This document shows positions 8,869 through 18,206 of a stretch of DNA of 64,000 bases, piece by piece. The stretch's first letter is position 1; the number at the start of each line of letters is the position of its first letter. The notes below the pieces were generated by a model. That model did not search any database and was not told the origin of the DNA. It saw only the letters and a list, made by a program, of their open reading frames with translations. The stretch comes from Nitrospirota bacterium. Its GTDB lineage: Bacteria; Nitrospirota; Thermodesulfovibrionia; Thermodesulfovibrionales; JdFR-88. Where the stretch lies: NCBI GenBank assembly GCA_014874185.1, contig JACWAF010000029.1, forward strand, positions 1 to 64,000. Direction: 5' to 3'. The translations under genes and the position numbers were made by a program.

Positions 8869-9824
8869 ACGCCGTTTGCGGACTCCTCGACCCGCCGCTA
8901 AAGTTGATCCTGTTCGGCGGCAAGGGGGGTGTGGGGAAGACAACTCTTGCTTCAAGCGCCGGGGTTTATCTGGCCGAAAGGGGGAAAAGGACGCTTCTTG
9001 TCTCAACCGACCCGGCTCATTCCCTTTCGGACAGCCTGGGGATCGAGATAGGCAGTGAGACAAGAAATACGGAAATCGAGGGCTTGCATGCCCTGGAGAT
9101 AAATGCCGAAAAAGAGTTTGCGTCCTTTAAGGAACAATACGACAAGGAGCTGAGGAGCATCTTTGACACGGGCAGCTATCTGGATAAGGACGATGTGGAT
9201 TCGATACTTGCATTGCAGATGCCCGGCATTGACGAGGTAATGGGCCTCAAACAGATTATCGAGCTTGTAAGGGAAGGAAAATACGATAAATACGTACTGG
9301 ACACCGCCCCGACCGGGCATGCGCTAAGGCTTCTGCATCTTCCCGAACTCCTGGACCAGTGGATAAAGGTCGTCTCAAAGATGAGATGGAAATACAGATA
9401 CATGGTGGAAAGATTTTCGGGAGGATACAGGCCGGACGCGGTTGATGAGCTTCTTGTCACCATGAAAAAATCGGTCAAGCATATAGGAGACATTCTAAAG
9501 GACCAGAAGGCATGCGAGTTTATCGCGGTCACCATACCTGAAGATATGGCGATCAGGGAGACAGGGAGACTTATGGATTCTCTGAAGAGATATGGGATAA
9601 GGGTGCGGCAATTGATAATCAATAATGTCATCTGTCCTTCAAGCACATGCCCTTTCTGCATGGAAAGAAGAAAGGGACAGGAAAAATACATCAAGTCCGC
9701 AAGAGAGCAGTTCGGCAATCTGAATATCGTTGAGATACCGCTTCAGCAACACGAGGTAAAGGGGATCAGGGATCTTCAGAGGATGACGGGCCTTGCATTC
9801 GCGGATACGTGCCCTGCAACCTGA
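8865..9824 (+). CDS. ArsA/GET3-family anion-transporting ATPase homolog (single domain) embedded in the gvp cluster
   Basis: P-loop (LFGGKGGVGKTTLAS), STDPAHSL and the DTAPTGHALRLL signature are present. There is a C-terminal CPSSTCPFC cysteine motif. The start overlaps the Hsp20 stop. Confidence 0.85.
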   Translation: MNAVCGLLDPPLKLILFGGKGGVGKTTLASSAGVYLAERGKRTLLVSTDPAHSLSDSLGIEIGSETRNTEIEGLHALEINAEKEFASFKEQYDKELRSIFDTGSYLDKDDVDSILALQMPGIDEVMGLKQIIELVREGKYDKYVLDTAPTGHALRLLHLPELLDQWIKVVSKMRWKYRYMVERFSGGYRPDAVDELLVTMKKSVKHIGDILKDQKACEFIAVTIPEDMAIRETGRLMDSLKRYGIRVRQLIINNVICPSSTCPFCMERRKGQEKYIKSAREQFGNLNIVEIPLQQHEVKGIRDLQRMTGLAFADTCPAT

Positions 9825-9836
9825 AAAAGAGGCGGC

Positions 9837-11978
9837 TTGAACATGAACACTCAAGGTGAAGGCATATCGTTGAAGGTGAAGGAGGCGCTGCCGAAGGACG
9901 TGGGCAGGGCCATAGCCAGAATGGACCCTGAGGACATGAAGCGGCTCGGTGCTGAAGTAGGCGACATCATTGAGATCGCCGGGAAAAGGAGAGCGGCGGC
10001 AAAGGTGATGCCCTGCTATCCCGAGGAAAGGAATAAAGGGATTGTGCAGATTGACGGCATAATGCGGGAGAACTCCCAGACGGGGCTGGATGAGAAGGTG
10101 AACATAAGGAGGGCGGCCGCGGTTGCGGCGCGCAAGCTGACCCTTTCGCCCATGACCCGGATCCATCCTCTCCACAAGCTAAAGGACATGAAGTACCTGG
10201 GCTCTCTTCTGGAGGGGATGCCGCTCATCAATGGGGACAGGCTCAGGGTCAGCTTTTTCGGCGCCAGGGCGTACGATTTCAGGGCCACAGGCGTGCTTCC
10301 GCAGGGAATCGTTTTTGTAACCCCGTCGACCACGATAAACCTTGAGGCGGAAGTCCCCGAGAAGCCAAAGCACCTGAAGATATCATACGAGGACATAGGG
10401 GGGCTTCAATCCCAGATCAGAAAGATAAGAGAGATGATAGAGCTGCCTCTGAAGTATCCGCAAATATTTGAAAGGCTGGGGATTGAGCCGCCCAAGGGGG
10501 TCTTTCTTTACGGACCGCCTGGCACCGGAAAGACTCTTATTGCAAGGGCTGTTGCAAACGAGACCGAGGCCTATTTCACCCATATAAGCGGCCCCGAGAT
10601 AATGGGCAAATTCTACGGGGAAAGCGAGGCCCGCCTGAGGAGCATATTTGAAGAGGCCGAAAAAAAAGCCCCCTCCATAATCTTCATCGACGAGATCGAC
10701 GCCATAGCGCCAAAGAGGGAGGAGATGGGCGGGGAGAAACAGGTCGAAAGGAGGGTCGTGGCACAACTCCTTGCCCTTATGGACGGCCTGGAATCGAGGG
10801 GCGACGTGATAGTCATAGCCGCGACTAACCTTCCCAACCTGATAGACCCCGCGCTCAGGCGCCCGGGCAGGTTTGACAGGGAGATCCCAATCGATATCCC
10901 CGACCGGAAAGGGCGGCTTCAGATCCTCAACATCCATACCCGGGGGATGCCTCTGTCAGAGGACGTCAATACGGATAAGATTGCCGAGATCACGCATGGT
11001 TTTGTTGGCGCCGACCTGGAAGCCCTGGCGAGAGAGGCGGCCATGTCGGCCCTCAGAAAAATACTTCCGGAGATCGATTTCCAGATGGAGGAGATCCCCT
11101 ATGAGACCCTGATGCAGCTTCAGGTGACGATGGCCGATTTTCTGGAGGCGATGAAAGAGGTGGAGCCGTCCGCCATAAGAGAAGTCTTCGTCGAGGTGCC
11201 CGATGTAAGGTGGTCTGACGTGGGGGGCCTGGATGATATAAAGCAGGAGTTGCAGGAAGCGATAGAATGGCCCCTGAAATATCCCGAACTGTTCGGAAGG
11301 GCCGGCACGAGGCCTCCGAAGGGGATACTCCTTCACGGGGCCCCAGGGACCGGGAAGACCCTCATAGCCAAGGCCCTTGCCAACGAGAGCGGCGTAAATT
11401 TCATATCGGTCAAAGGCCCGAGCCTGATCTCAAAATTCGTCGGAGAGAGCGAAAAGGCCCTCAGGGACATATTCAAGAAGGCCAAGCAGGCCTCTCCTAC
11501 GATCCTGTTCTTTGACGAGATAGACAGCCTCGTCCCGAAACGGGACGGAGGAGGAGAAGCCCACGTGACGGAGAGAGTGGTGAGCCAGTTTCTGACCGAA
11601 ATGGACGGCATCGAGGAGCTGAGGGGCGTGGTGGTCCTGGCGGCCACGAACAGGCCGGACTTGATTGACCCGGCCCTGTTGAGAGGCGGCAGGTTTGATG
11701 TCCAGATGATTCTTCCTCTTCCCGATGAACGGACGCGGCTTAAGATCTTTGAAATCCATACAAGGGGCAAGCCCCTGGCTGGCGATGTCGATCTGCCCGA
11801 ACTGGCAAGACGGACTGAAGGCAGGGCGGGTTCAGATATTGAATTGATCTGCCGCAAGGCTTCCCTTCTTTCCATAAGGGAATACATCGGCCAGGAAATG
11901 AAGGCCGGGTTAGAGATTTCAAAGCGGCATTTTGAGGAAGCCCTGACGCTTCTCGAAAAGCGGGTTGCGGGGTATTAG
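9837..11978 (+). CDS. CDC48/VCP-like AAA+ ATPase with two AAA domains (N-domain, D1 and D2)
   Basis: The N-terminal double-psi-barrel-like region is present. There are two Walker A motifs (GPPGTGKT and GAPGTGKT), two DEID Walker B motifs and SRH motifs. Confidence 0.9.
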   Translation: MNMNTQGEGISLKVKEALPKDVGRAIARMDPEDMKRLGAEVGDIIEIAGKRRAAAKVMPCYPEERNKGIVQIDGIMRENSQTGLDEKVNIRRAAAVAARKLTLSPMTRIHPLHKLKDMKYLGSLLEGMPLINGDRLRVSFFGARAYDFRATGVLPQGIVFVTPSTTINLEAEVPEKPKHLKISYEDIGGLQSQIRKIREMIELPLKYPQIFERLGIEPPKGVFLYGPPGTGKTLIARAVANETEAYFTHISGPEIMGKFYGESEARLRSIFEEAEKKAPSIIFIDEIDAIAPKREEMGGEKQVERRVVAQLLALMDGLESRGDVIVIAATNLPNLIDPALRRPGRFDREIPIDIPDRKGRLQILNIHTRGMPLSEDVNTDKIAEITHGFVGADLEALAREAAMSALRKILPEIDFQMEEIPYETLMQLQVTMADFLEAMKEVEPSAIREVFVEVPDVRWSDVGGLDDIKQELQEAIEWPLKYPELFGRAGTRPPKGILLHGAPGTGKTLIAKALANESGVNFISVKGPSLISKFVGESEKALRDIFKKAKQASPTILFFDEIDSLVPKRDGGGEAHVTERVVSQFLTEMDGIEELRGVVVLAATNRPDLIDPALLRGGRFDVQMILPLPDERTRLKIFEIHTRGKPLAGDVDLPELARRTEGRAGSDIELICRKASLLSIREYIGQEMKAGLEISKRHFEEALTLLEKRVAGY

Positions 11979-11981
11979 CGC

Positions 11982-13040
11982 ATGGAAGGTAAATATGCAT
12001 TCGGCGTCATTGAAGCACCTGAGGCAAAACTTCCCCTGCCGGAAGCGGTCTACACTGTCCCATACCGGGATATTTCGGCCGTAGTAATGGATTCAGCCAT
12101 GGTCGATTTTGCAGCCATGACCAAGGAGGCCGGGGCAAGATATCTTCTCAGGCATCAGCAGGTGCTGGAGAAGGCAATGGTTTCGCACCCAGTGATACCC
12201 CTGAAGCTCGGCACTTATGTTTCCAGTCATGCAGAGGTGATCGACGTCTTGTCATTTGGATACCGTGATTTCAAGGAGACCTTCCGCGAAATAGAAGGCA
12301 AAGTGGAAATCAATGTCGCCGCGACATGGTCTGACAAGGATTCCATTATCAGGCAGACGGCGGAGGAGAGTGAAGAGGTACGGGAGTATAAAAAGAAGCT
12401 CTTGTCGAAACCCGGGGGCGTAAACATGGAAGACCAGATGAACGCCGGACGCCTGGTCAGGAAAGCCATGGAAAAGAGGAACAGGAAAACGGCTTCCGGA
12501 ATAACAAGCGCCCTTTCGGAGATTGCGCTGGCACAGAGGACGCATGATCTCATGGACGACGGCATGATCCTGAATGCGGCCTTTCTGGTTGAACACAGGA
12601 AAATAAAAAGATTTGATTACGTCCTGAATAGATTGGACGAGGCCTATCATGGGCGAATAAATTTCAGGTGCATAGGCCCTTTACCTACATACAGCTTCTA
12701 CACCGCCGAGATAAAAAAGGTTTGTTCCGGCGAACTGGACAAGGCTAGGAAAATGCTCGGGCTCCGGGATTACCCGGTATGCAAGGACGAAATAGAAAAG
12801 GCATACCGGCAGCGCGCCCGCATGTGTCATCCCGATGTGATCGGGCATTGCATTGAAACGGGGGAGAAACGGGCCAGGAAAAAAGGACAGCCCTGTGCCA
12901 GTCCGGAAGTTGAAAGCACGGAAGAGTTCACCGAGATAAACAGGGCTTACAAGCTGCTTATGGACTGCAGCGCATCCGAAGCCTGTCGCAGAGAGGATGG
13001 AAGCGTTCTCATCGTCAGAGTAATGAGGATAAGGGGATAA
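11982..13040 (+). CDS. GvpL/GvpF-family gas vesicle protein fused to a C-terminal J-domain (DnaJ-like, HPD motif)
   Basis: The N-terminus is GvpF/L-like (YAFGVIEA...YRDISAVV...GPLPTYSFY). The C-terminus reads EIEKAYRQRARMCHPDV...EEFTEINRAYKLL, which are J-domain helices II and III with an HPD motif. Confidence 0.75.
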   Translation: MEGKYAFGVIEAPEAKLPLPEAVYTVPYRDISAVVMDSAMVDFAAMTKEAGARYLLRHQQVLEKAMVSHPVIPLKLGTYVSSHAEVIDVLSFGYRDFKETFREIEGKVEINVAATWSDKDSIIRQTAEESEEVREYKKKLLSKPGGVNMEDQMNAGRLVRKAMEKRNRKTASGITSALSEIALAQRTHDLMDDGMILNAAFLVEHRKIKRFDYVLNRLDEAYHGRINFRCIGPLPTYSFYTAEIKKVCSGELDKARKMLGLRDYPVCKDEIEKAYRQRARMCHPDVIGHCIETGEKRARKKGQPCASPEVESTEEFTEINRAYKLLMDCSASEACRREDGSVLIVRVMRIRG

Positions 13041-13041
13041 G

Positions 13042-13818
13042 GTGGAAAAATCGGGCAAATACATTTACTGCGTGATAAGGACAGAGCAGGAAAGGAATTT
13101 CGGCAATATCGGAATGGGCGGGGGCATGGGCGGGGGAGACAACGAAGTGACAACGGTCGGCCTTGGCGATCTGAGCATGGTTGTGAGCAATTCGCCTGTG
13201 AGCAAGTATCCGGTAAGCAGGGAAAATCTTCTCGTCCACCAGAAGGTGGTCGAGGAGGTGATGAAAGAGTTTACCGTCCTGCCGGTTCGGTTTTGCACGA
13301 TCGCTCCCGCCGCCGGCAAGATCCGGAACCTCATCGAAAGAAGAGGGAAGGAATTCAAGACCCTGCTCCGTCAGATGGAATTCAAAATAGAATTGGGAGT
13401 AAAGGCGATCTGGAGAGATATGGACAGGGTATTCAGGGAGATCGTGGAAGAGGACAAGCAGATTGCTGCTCTCAGGCGGAAAATCTCCGGAGACGGCAGA
13501 ACCAGCGTCCAGACAAAAATGGAGCTGGGCAGGATGGTCGAGCGTGCTCTGGCGGAAAAAAAGGAAACGGAATCCGGTGCAATCATGTCTACCTTGAAGA
13601 GAGCGGCATTCGACTGGAAGCCCGGCCGGACCTCCGATGACAAGATGATCATGAACGCCTCTTTTCTGGTTGACAAGGCCAGGGAGAAGGAGTTCGACAA
13701 CATCGTGGAGGATTTCAGCGAGAACTACAAGGAAAGAATAAAGTTCATGTATGCCGGCCCCCTGCCCCCATATAATTTTGTGAGCGTGGTAATCCATCCC
13801 GAGGAATGGGAACTATAG
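13042..13818 (+). CDS. GvpF/GvpL-family gas vesicle protein (second copy)
   Basis: YIYCVIRT...GDLSMVVSNSPV...AGPLPPYNFVSV. The architecture is typical of GvpF/L. Confidence 0.8.
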   Translation: MEKSGKYIYCVIRTEQERNFGNIGMGGGMGGGDNEVTTVGLGDLSMVVSNSPVSKYPVSRENLLVHQKVVEEVMKEFTVLPVRFCTIAPAAGKIRNLIERRGKEFKTLLRQMEFKIELGVKAIWRDMDRVFREIVEEDKQIAALRRKISGDGRTSVQTKMELGRMVERALAEKKETESGAIMSTLKRAAFDWKPGRTSDDKMIMNASFLVDKAREKEFDNIVEDFSENYKERIKFMYAGPLPPYNFVSVVIHPEEWEL

Positions 13819-13828
13819 GGGGAAACGG

Positions 13829-14059
13829 ATGCTCCTGATAGACGACCTTCTGCTGTTGCCGCTTAGGGGTGTTATCGGGATATTTAAAAAGATAAACGAA
13901 ATGGCGGAAACGGAATTATCGGACGCGGACCGCATACGGGAAAAGTTGATGGAAGCCAGACTCAAATTCGAGCTGGATGAGATGAGCGAGGAAGAATATG
14001 AGGAGCTGGAGACAGAGCTTCTGGCCCGTCTGGATTCCCTGAGGGAAAGCCAGTCATAA
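13829..14059 (+). CDS. gvpG: Gas vesicle protein GvpG
   Basis: MLLIDDLLLLPLRGVIGIF... This N-terminal motif and the acidic coiled-coil C-terminus are typical of GvpG. Confidence 0.75.
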   Translation: MLLIDDLLLLPLRGVIGIFKKINEMAETELSDADRIREKLMEARLKFELDEMSEEEYEELETELLARLDSLRESQS

Positions 14060-14069
14060 AAGAGGAGGC

Positions 14070-14348
14070 ATGGACATGTCAACGATAATCGAAGAGGCGG
14101 ACAAGATAGTCATCGACTTCCTGAAAAGAATACTTCACTCTGACGAGGGCAAGATAAAGATCATCAAAACCGCTAAAACCGACGTGGGATGGAGCGCGGA
14201 AGCGGAGGTCTTCGAAGAGAGTGGTTTCATAAAAAGCCTGGGCCTCCCAACCAGGGTGCAGGACAGAAATGTATATAAGGTAATGCTCGATAACAACCTC
14301 GATGTCATGTCCTATGAACAGGTGGACAGGGAGGACGGTAGAGAGTGA
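14070..14348 (+). CDS. GvpO-like gas vesicle protein
   Basis: The C-terminal pattern GWSAEAEVFEE...VQDRNVYKVMLDNNLDVMSYEQVDRED resembles the GvpO core GW..V.VEV....Y.I.LD..G.V..Y...R. Confidence 0.55.
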   Translation: MDMSTIIEEADKIVIDFLKRILHSDEGKIKIIKTAKTDVGWSAEAEVFEESGFIKSLGLPTRVQDRNVYKVMLDNNLDVMSYEQVDREDGRE

Positions 14349-15172
14349 AGATATCCGGGGAATCAACGCCTGAGCATCTGGTATATCTTTTCTGCCTGGC
14401 TGATAAAATCCCGGAAACGGGCACTGAAACAGGAAAAGCCGGCAAGGATATAACTTACTTTTTAAATAACGGCCTCTATGCGGTTACGGGCATTGTGGCA
14501 AGTGATGATTTCTGCGGGGAGAACCTGAAAAGAAACCTGAACGATTTCAAGTGGGTTGAAGAGAAGGTCAGGTTTCATGAGCGGGTCGTGGAAAAAATGA
14601 TGGCATCCTCCACCGTGATACCGTTCAAGTTCGGCTCGGTCTTCAAAACGGAAGAAAGCCTGAAGAAGATGCTCGATGAATACATCGATGCATTCATGGA
14701 GATTTTTAAAAAGCTGGAAGGGAAACGGGAATGGGGAATAAAGATCTTCTGTGACCGCAAGGCATTTGCCCGATCAATTGAAAAGGGCGGTCATTGTGAC
14801 AGGCCGGAAAAAGAGATTGATATTCTCTCCACGGGGCGGGCTTTTTTAAACAGGAAAAGACAGGACCAGCTTATGTCAGAGCTCGTGGACGTGAAAATAA
14901 ACGAGGCCAGACTCGAAATTTATGAGGTGCTGATGGGGCACAGCACTGAAGTCCGCATCAGTGGTCTTTTGCCTGCGGAAGTAACCAGCCGGAAAGAGGA
15001 CATGGTGTTCAATGCCGCTTTCCTGGTTGATAACGGCATGGCGGGCGCTTTCATCGACGAAGTGGAACTTTTTAAGGATAAATACCGCGGGTTTGAAATG
15101 GAATGCACGGGTCCATGGCCACCTTATAATTTCTGCGCCATTAAAGAGCATGAATCAGCAGATAGCAAATAG
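14345..15172 (+). CDS. GvpF/GvpL-family gas vesicle protein (third copy)
   Basis: LVYLFCLAD...LYAVTG...ends GPWPPYNFCAI, parallel to the other GvpF/L copies. Confidence 0.8.
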   Translation: MKISGESTPEHLVYLFCLADKIPETGTETGKAGKDITYFLNNGLYAVTGIVASDDFCGENLKRNLNDFKWVEEKVRFHERVVEKMMASSTVIPFKFGSVFKTEESLKKMLDEYIDAFMEIFKKLEGKREWGIKIFCDRKAFARSIEKGGHCDRPEKEIDILSTGRAFLNRKRQDQLMSELVDVKINEARLEIYEVLMGHSTEVRISGLLPAEVTSRKEDMVFNAAFLVDNGMAGAFIDEVELFKDKYRGFEMECTGPWPPYNFCAIKEHESADSK

Positions 15173-15737
15173 GAATGTCTGTCTGTCTGAAGCGATAGAC
15201 GCCGTTCTGAACAAGGGCGTTGTCGTCAGCGGAGACATAACTCTATCCGTTGCTGATGTCGATCTGGTCTTCGTGGGCCTGAGGGCGCTTCTGGCTTCGG
15301 TCGACGTGGCAAACAGGATTAGAGGGGGGCCGGGCCCGCTTGGCGCGCCGCCGTCATCGGGAAAAACCGTTCCGGGCGGAAGGCCTGATCCCGTAGAGGC
15401 CTGTTCTTCTTCATGCTCCGAAGAAAGCCGGCTCGCGGTGCTTGAAGGGGGCGTGGAAAAAGCCGCAGTCCCTCTTCCACGCATTGAGATGGAAGAATCG
15501 AAGCCCGAGCGGGGGCTTGCGAAACTGGTCCTCACCGTCGTGGACCTTGTAAGAAAGCTGATGGAAAAGCAGGCCATCCGGAGGATGGACGGCGGGAGCC
15601 TGACGGAAGAGGAGATAGAACGGCTTGGAAACACCTTCGCGAAACTGGAAGAGAGGATGGAAGACCTGAAAAGGGTCTTCGGCCTCGAAGGGGAGGAACT
15701 CGAATTGGACCTTGGTCCTTTGGGAAAACTCACATGA
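15150..15737 (+). CDS. GvpJ (GvpA-family) domain fused to a GvpK-like domain
   Basis: The N-terminus reads LSEAIDAVLNKGVVVSGDITLSVADVDLVFVGLRALLASVD (GvpJ/A fold). A Pro/Gly/Ser linker follows. The C-terminus reads GLAKLVLTVVDLVRKLMEKQAIRRMDGGSLTEEEIERLG (GvpK signature). The proposed ATG at 15150 overlaps the previous gene by 23 nt. Confidence 0.7.
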   Translation: MNQQIANRNVCLSEAIDAVLNKGVVVSGDITLSVADVDLVFVGLRALLASVDVANRIRGGPGPLGAPPSSGKTVPGGRPDPVEACSSSCSEESRLAVLEGGVEKAAVPLPRIEMEESKPERGLAKLVLTVVDLVRKLMEKQAIRRMDGGSLTEEEIERLGNTFAKLEERMEDLKRVFGLEGEELELDLGPLGKLT

Positions 15738-15783
15738 AAACCGGGGGAGAGCGAACATAAATGAAGACCAAAGGGAATAACTG

Positions 15784-16077
15784 ATGGCCGAACAGCTGGT
15801 TCATTCCATACAGGCCACAAACCTTGCCGACATATTGGAACGGGTCCTGGACAAAGGCATAGTCATTGCCGGAGATATCCGGATCAATCTCGTCGAGGTC
15901 GAGCTGCTGAACATAAAACTGAGGCTTCTCATAGCCTCTGTGGATAAGGCAATGGAAATGGGAATAAACTGGTGGCAGACGGACCCCTATCTTTCCTCTA
16001 AGGCGCAGAAGCTGGAAGACGAAAACCGGATGCTCAAGGAGCAGTTGGAACGGCTTGAAAAGAATCCGCTTGCCTGA
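15784..16077 (+). CDS. GvpA/J-family minor gas vesicle protein (GvpS/GvpM-like)
   Basis: NLADILERVLDKGIVIAGDIRINLVEVELLNIKLRLLIASVDKA. Confidence 0.8.
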   Translation: MAEQLVHSIQATNLADILERVLDKGIVIAGDIRINLVEVELLNIKLRLLIASVDKAMEMGINWWQTDPYLSSKAQKLEDENRMLKEQLERLEKNPLA

Positions 16078-16082
16078 GGCCC

Positions 16083-16772
16083 ATGCGCACCCTCCTGTAT
16101 GTGCCTATTATCCATATGAGCGCGGACCTTGGTTCGCTTGCCAAGAATTTTACAAACCGGGGCATAAAGGATCTGGGGGAGGATGTCTGGGAAGAACACA
16201 GGAAAACCGTTTCGATGTTCTGGGAGTCGATAACGGCTTTTTTTGAGGCTATGCCCGTAGCGGGATTCAAGATATACCAGGACGGAATGATCGCAAATGG
16301 CGAGATAGCTGAAAAGATAATAGAGGCAGGCGTAAGAAGCGGCAGCAAGAATTACGAGATCATAAGGAGACTCATGGGGAAAGGGGCTATTCTTATAAAA
16401 ACGGAAGATCTGGCCCTGGTAAAAGAAGAAAGAGACTGGCTGCTTCGGATAACCCAGGCCAGAACGCTCCCTGAAAAATTGAAGGCTTATCTTGGATTCA
16501 GGGGGGCAAAAAACCATCTTCTGAAAAGAAGGGACAGCTATATAGCCCAAACGATAAACAGGACCCTCGGGCAGGAGGAGACAGGGATTTTATTCATAGG
16601 GGCTTACCATGAAATAATTCCCCGGCTTGATCCGGACATCGCGGTCAAAGAAATAAAAGAAGTTCGCAAAGTGAGGGAATATCAAAAAAGGCTGCCATAC
16701 CAGGGCAGAAAAAAAGATGAGCTATTTGAAGAATTGTCCCATTATCTAATCAGACCTGTTAACAAGAAGTAA
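16083..16772 (+). CDS. Hypothetical protein, last gene of the gvp operon (6 nt after the preceding stop)
   Basis: ORF with operon-like spacing. No recognisable family. Confidence 0.45.
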   Translation: MRTLLYVPIIHMSADLGSLAKNFTNRGIKDLGEDVWEEHRKTVSMFWESITAFFEAMPVAGFKIYQDGMIANGEIAEKIIEAGVRSGSKNYEIIRRLMGKGAILIKTEDLALVKEERDWLLRITQARTLPEKLKAYLGFRGAKNHLLKRRDSYIAQTINRTLGQEETGILFIGAYHEIIPRLDPDIAVKEIKEVRKVREYQKRLPYQGRKKDELFEELSHYLIRPVNKK

Positions 16773-16843
16773 TTTACAAAAGGCCGCCTTTAATTGAGTC
16801 AGGCGGAATGCAATGGCCTATAAAAGCGAAAAGGGGCAGGCAA

Positions 16844-16908
16844 AATCTTCTACCCCCTTGTTTTTTAAAGTGAGCCGTGCAGGATTCGAACCTGCGACCC
16901 GCTGATTA
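16844..16908 (-). repeat. Direct repeat: duplicated 3' half of tRNA-Lys (about 48 nt) plus about 17 nt of 3' flank. Distal att site of the islet.
   Basis: gtgagccgtgcaggattcgaacctgcgacccgctgattaagag is identical to 21939-21981. The flank ccccttgtttt..aaa is also shared. Confidence 0.85.
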
Positions 16909-17079
16909 AGAGACGCTTTATAGGGATTATGCAAGTGCTTGAAAATACCAGAAAAAGCTTAAAAAACAGGAGGTTTATAAGCTACAAATTTGAATGACGT
17001 ACAATGATTTCTAGCGAATTCTGATATTTTTTTTTCATGTTTTTTTCACAGTGCATATAAAAACTAACAGGAGTTTACT

Positions 17080-17371
17080 ATGGAAAAATTAATGAATATT
17101 GACGAGGTGGCGGAGATGCTGGGAGTAACAAAAGGTGCCATTTATGCCTGGGTCTATAAAAAAAAAGATTCCCCATATAAAGCTCACCAAGAGGCTCCTA
17201 AAGTTCAGGGAGAAGGATATAATGGACTGGCTTTCTCAAAAATCGGTCAGCGCCGATGCGCCGGCCGCGGGCAGAAGGAGCTGGCATTATACAAGGCCGT
17301 CTTCCGGCCTGTCTGATGACAACATCGAAAGGATCATCAGGAACGCCAAAGCGGAAGTTTTTAAAAAATGA
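17080..17371 (+). pseudogene. Excisionase/AlpA-like HTH DNA-binding protein, frameshifted in an A9 run (about 17155-17164)
   Basis: Frame 1 reads MEKLMNIDEVAEMLGVTKGAIYAWVYKKK. Frame 2 continues IPHIKLTKRLLKFREKDIMDWL.... Together they reconstruct a typical HTH_17/excisionase protein. Confidence 0.6.
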
Positions 17372-17514
17372 CGCCTTTGAGAATCGACGGGGCATTCGTG
17401 TGTCTCTGCGCCTTCTCTATAGAGACCGCCACAAGTCTGCTTCCGGGGGGTTGTTGTTAATTAAAGAAAAGGATATAATTAGACTAGTCTGACTAGTAAA
17501 GAGGTGAATTTCAT

Positions 17515-17766
17515 ATGAGGACTTGGCAATTGCAGGAAGCAAAAGCGCGTTTGAGTGAGGTGATAAAGCAAGCCTCGAAGGAGGGACCCCAGACCATTAC
17601 GATGCGCGGAGAACCCACCGCTGTTGTGCTTTCAAAGGGCGAATATGAACGGCTCAAGCATCCAAAAGGAAGTTTTGTGGATTTTATGCGGAAATCGCCT
17701 CTTTACGGAGTGGATATTGACCTGAAGCGGGAGCAGACATTGACCCGGGAATCTGATATTTCATGA
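17515..17766 (+). CDS. Type II antitoxin (Phd/YefM or VapB-like)
   Basis: MRTWQLQEAKARLSEVIKQASKEGPQTITMRGEPTAVVL. The gene overlaps a PIN toxin gene. Confidence 0.75.
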   Translation: MRTWQLQEAKARLSEVIKQASKEGPQTITMRGEPTAVVLSKGEYERLKHPKGSFVDFMRKSPLYGVDIDLKREQTLTRESDIS

Positions 17767-18182
17767 GCTACCTGCTTGATACCAATGTTGTTTCAGAAAC
17801 AATACGGCGTCATCAAAATAAGGCTGTGGTCGAGTGGCTTGAACAGGTTCCGGCCGAAGCGCTCTTCATAAGCGTTTTGACGCTGGGCGAAATCCGGAAG
17901 GGCGTTGAGGCGCTTACAGATAAAAAAAGAAGGGAAAAGTTGCGCCTTTGGCTGGAGCGCGAGCTCCCGGTCTGGTTCGAGGACCGGGTGCTCCCGGTTG
18001 ACCTTGCCGTGGCCGAACGATGGGGCAGACTGCTTGCCCAAGCTGGCCGTCCGGTCCCTACCATCGACAGTCTTCTTGCCGCCACAGCATTGCATTATGA
18101 ATTGCGGCTTGTGACCCGGAATGCAAGAGATTTCGATTATCCAGGGCTTGAAGTGGTTAATCCCTGGCAGAACGCGACTTGA
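17763..18182 (+). CDS. vapC: PIN-domain toxin VapC
   Basis: MSYLLDTNVVSE...TLGEIRKG...LVTRNARDF. The fold is PIN/VapC-like. The start overlaps the antitoxin stop. Confidence 0.8.
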   Translation: MSYLLDTNVVSETIRRHQNKAVVEWLEQVPAEALFISVLTLGEIRKGVEALTDKKRREKLRLWLERELPVWFEDRVLPVDLAVAERWGRLLAQAGRPVPTIDSLLAATALHYELRLVTRNARDFDYPGLEVVNPWQNAT

Positions 18183-18206
18183 ACGTATATTGGAGGTGAG
18201 CAATGC

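Noticed and set aside
15012-15149. Upstream extension of the gvpJ-K ORF (ORF-track start at 15012)
   Set aside because: It lies entirely inside the gvpF/L copy 3 coding region in another frame. The ATG at 15150 gives a canonical GvpJ N-terminus.
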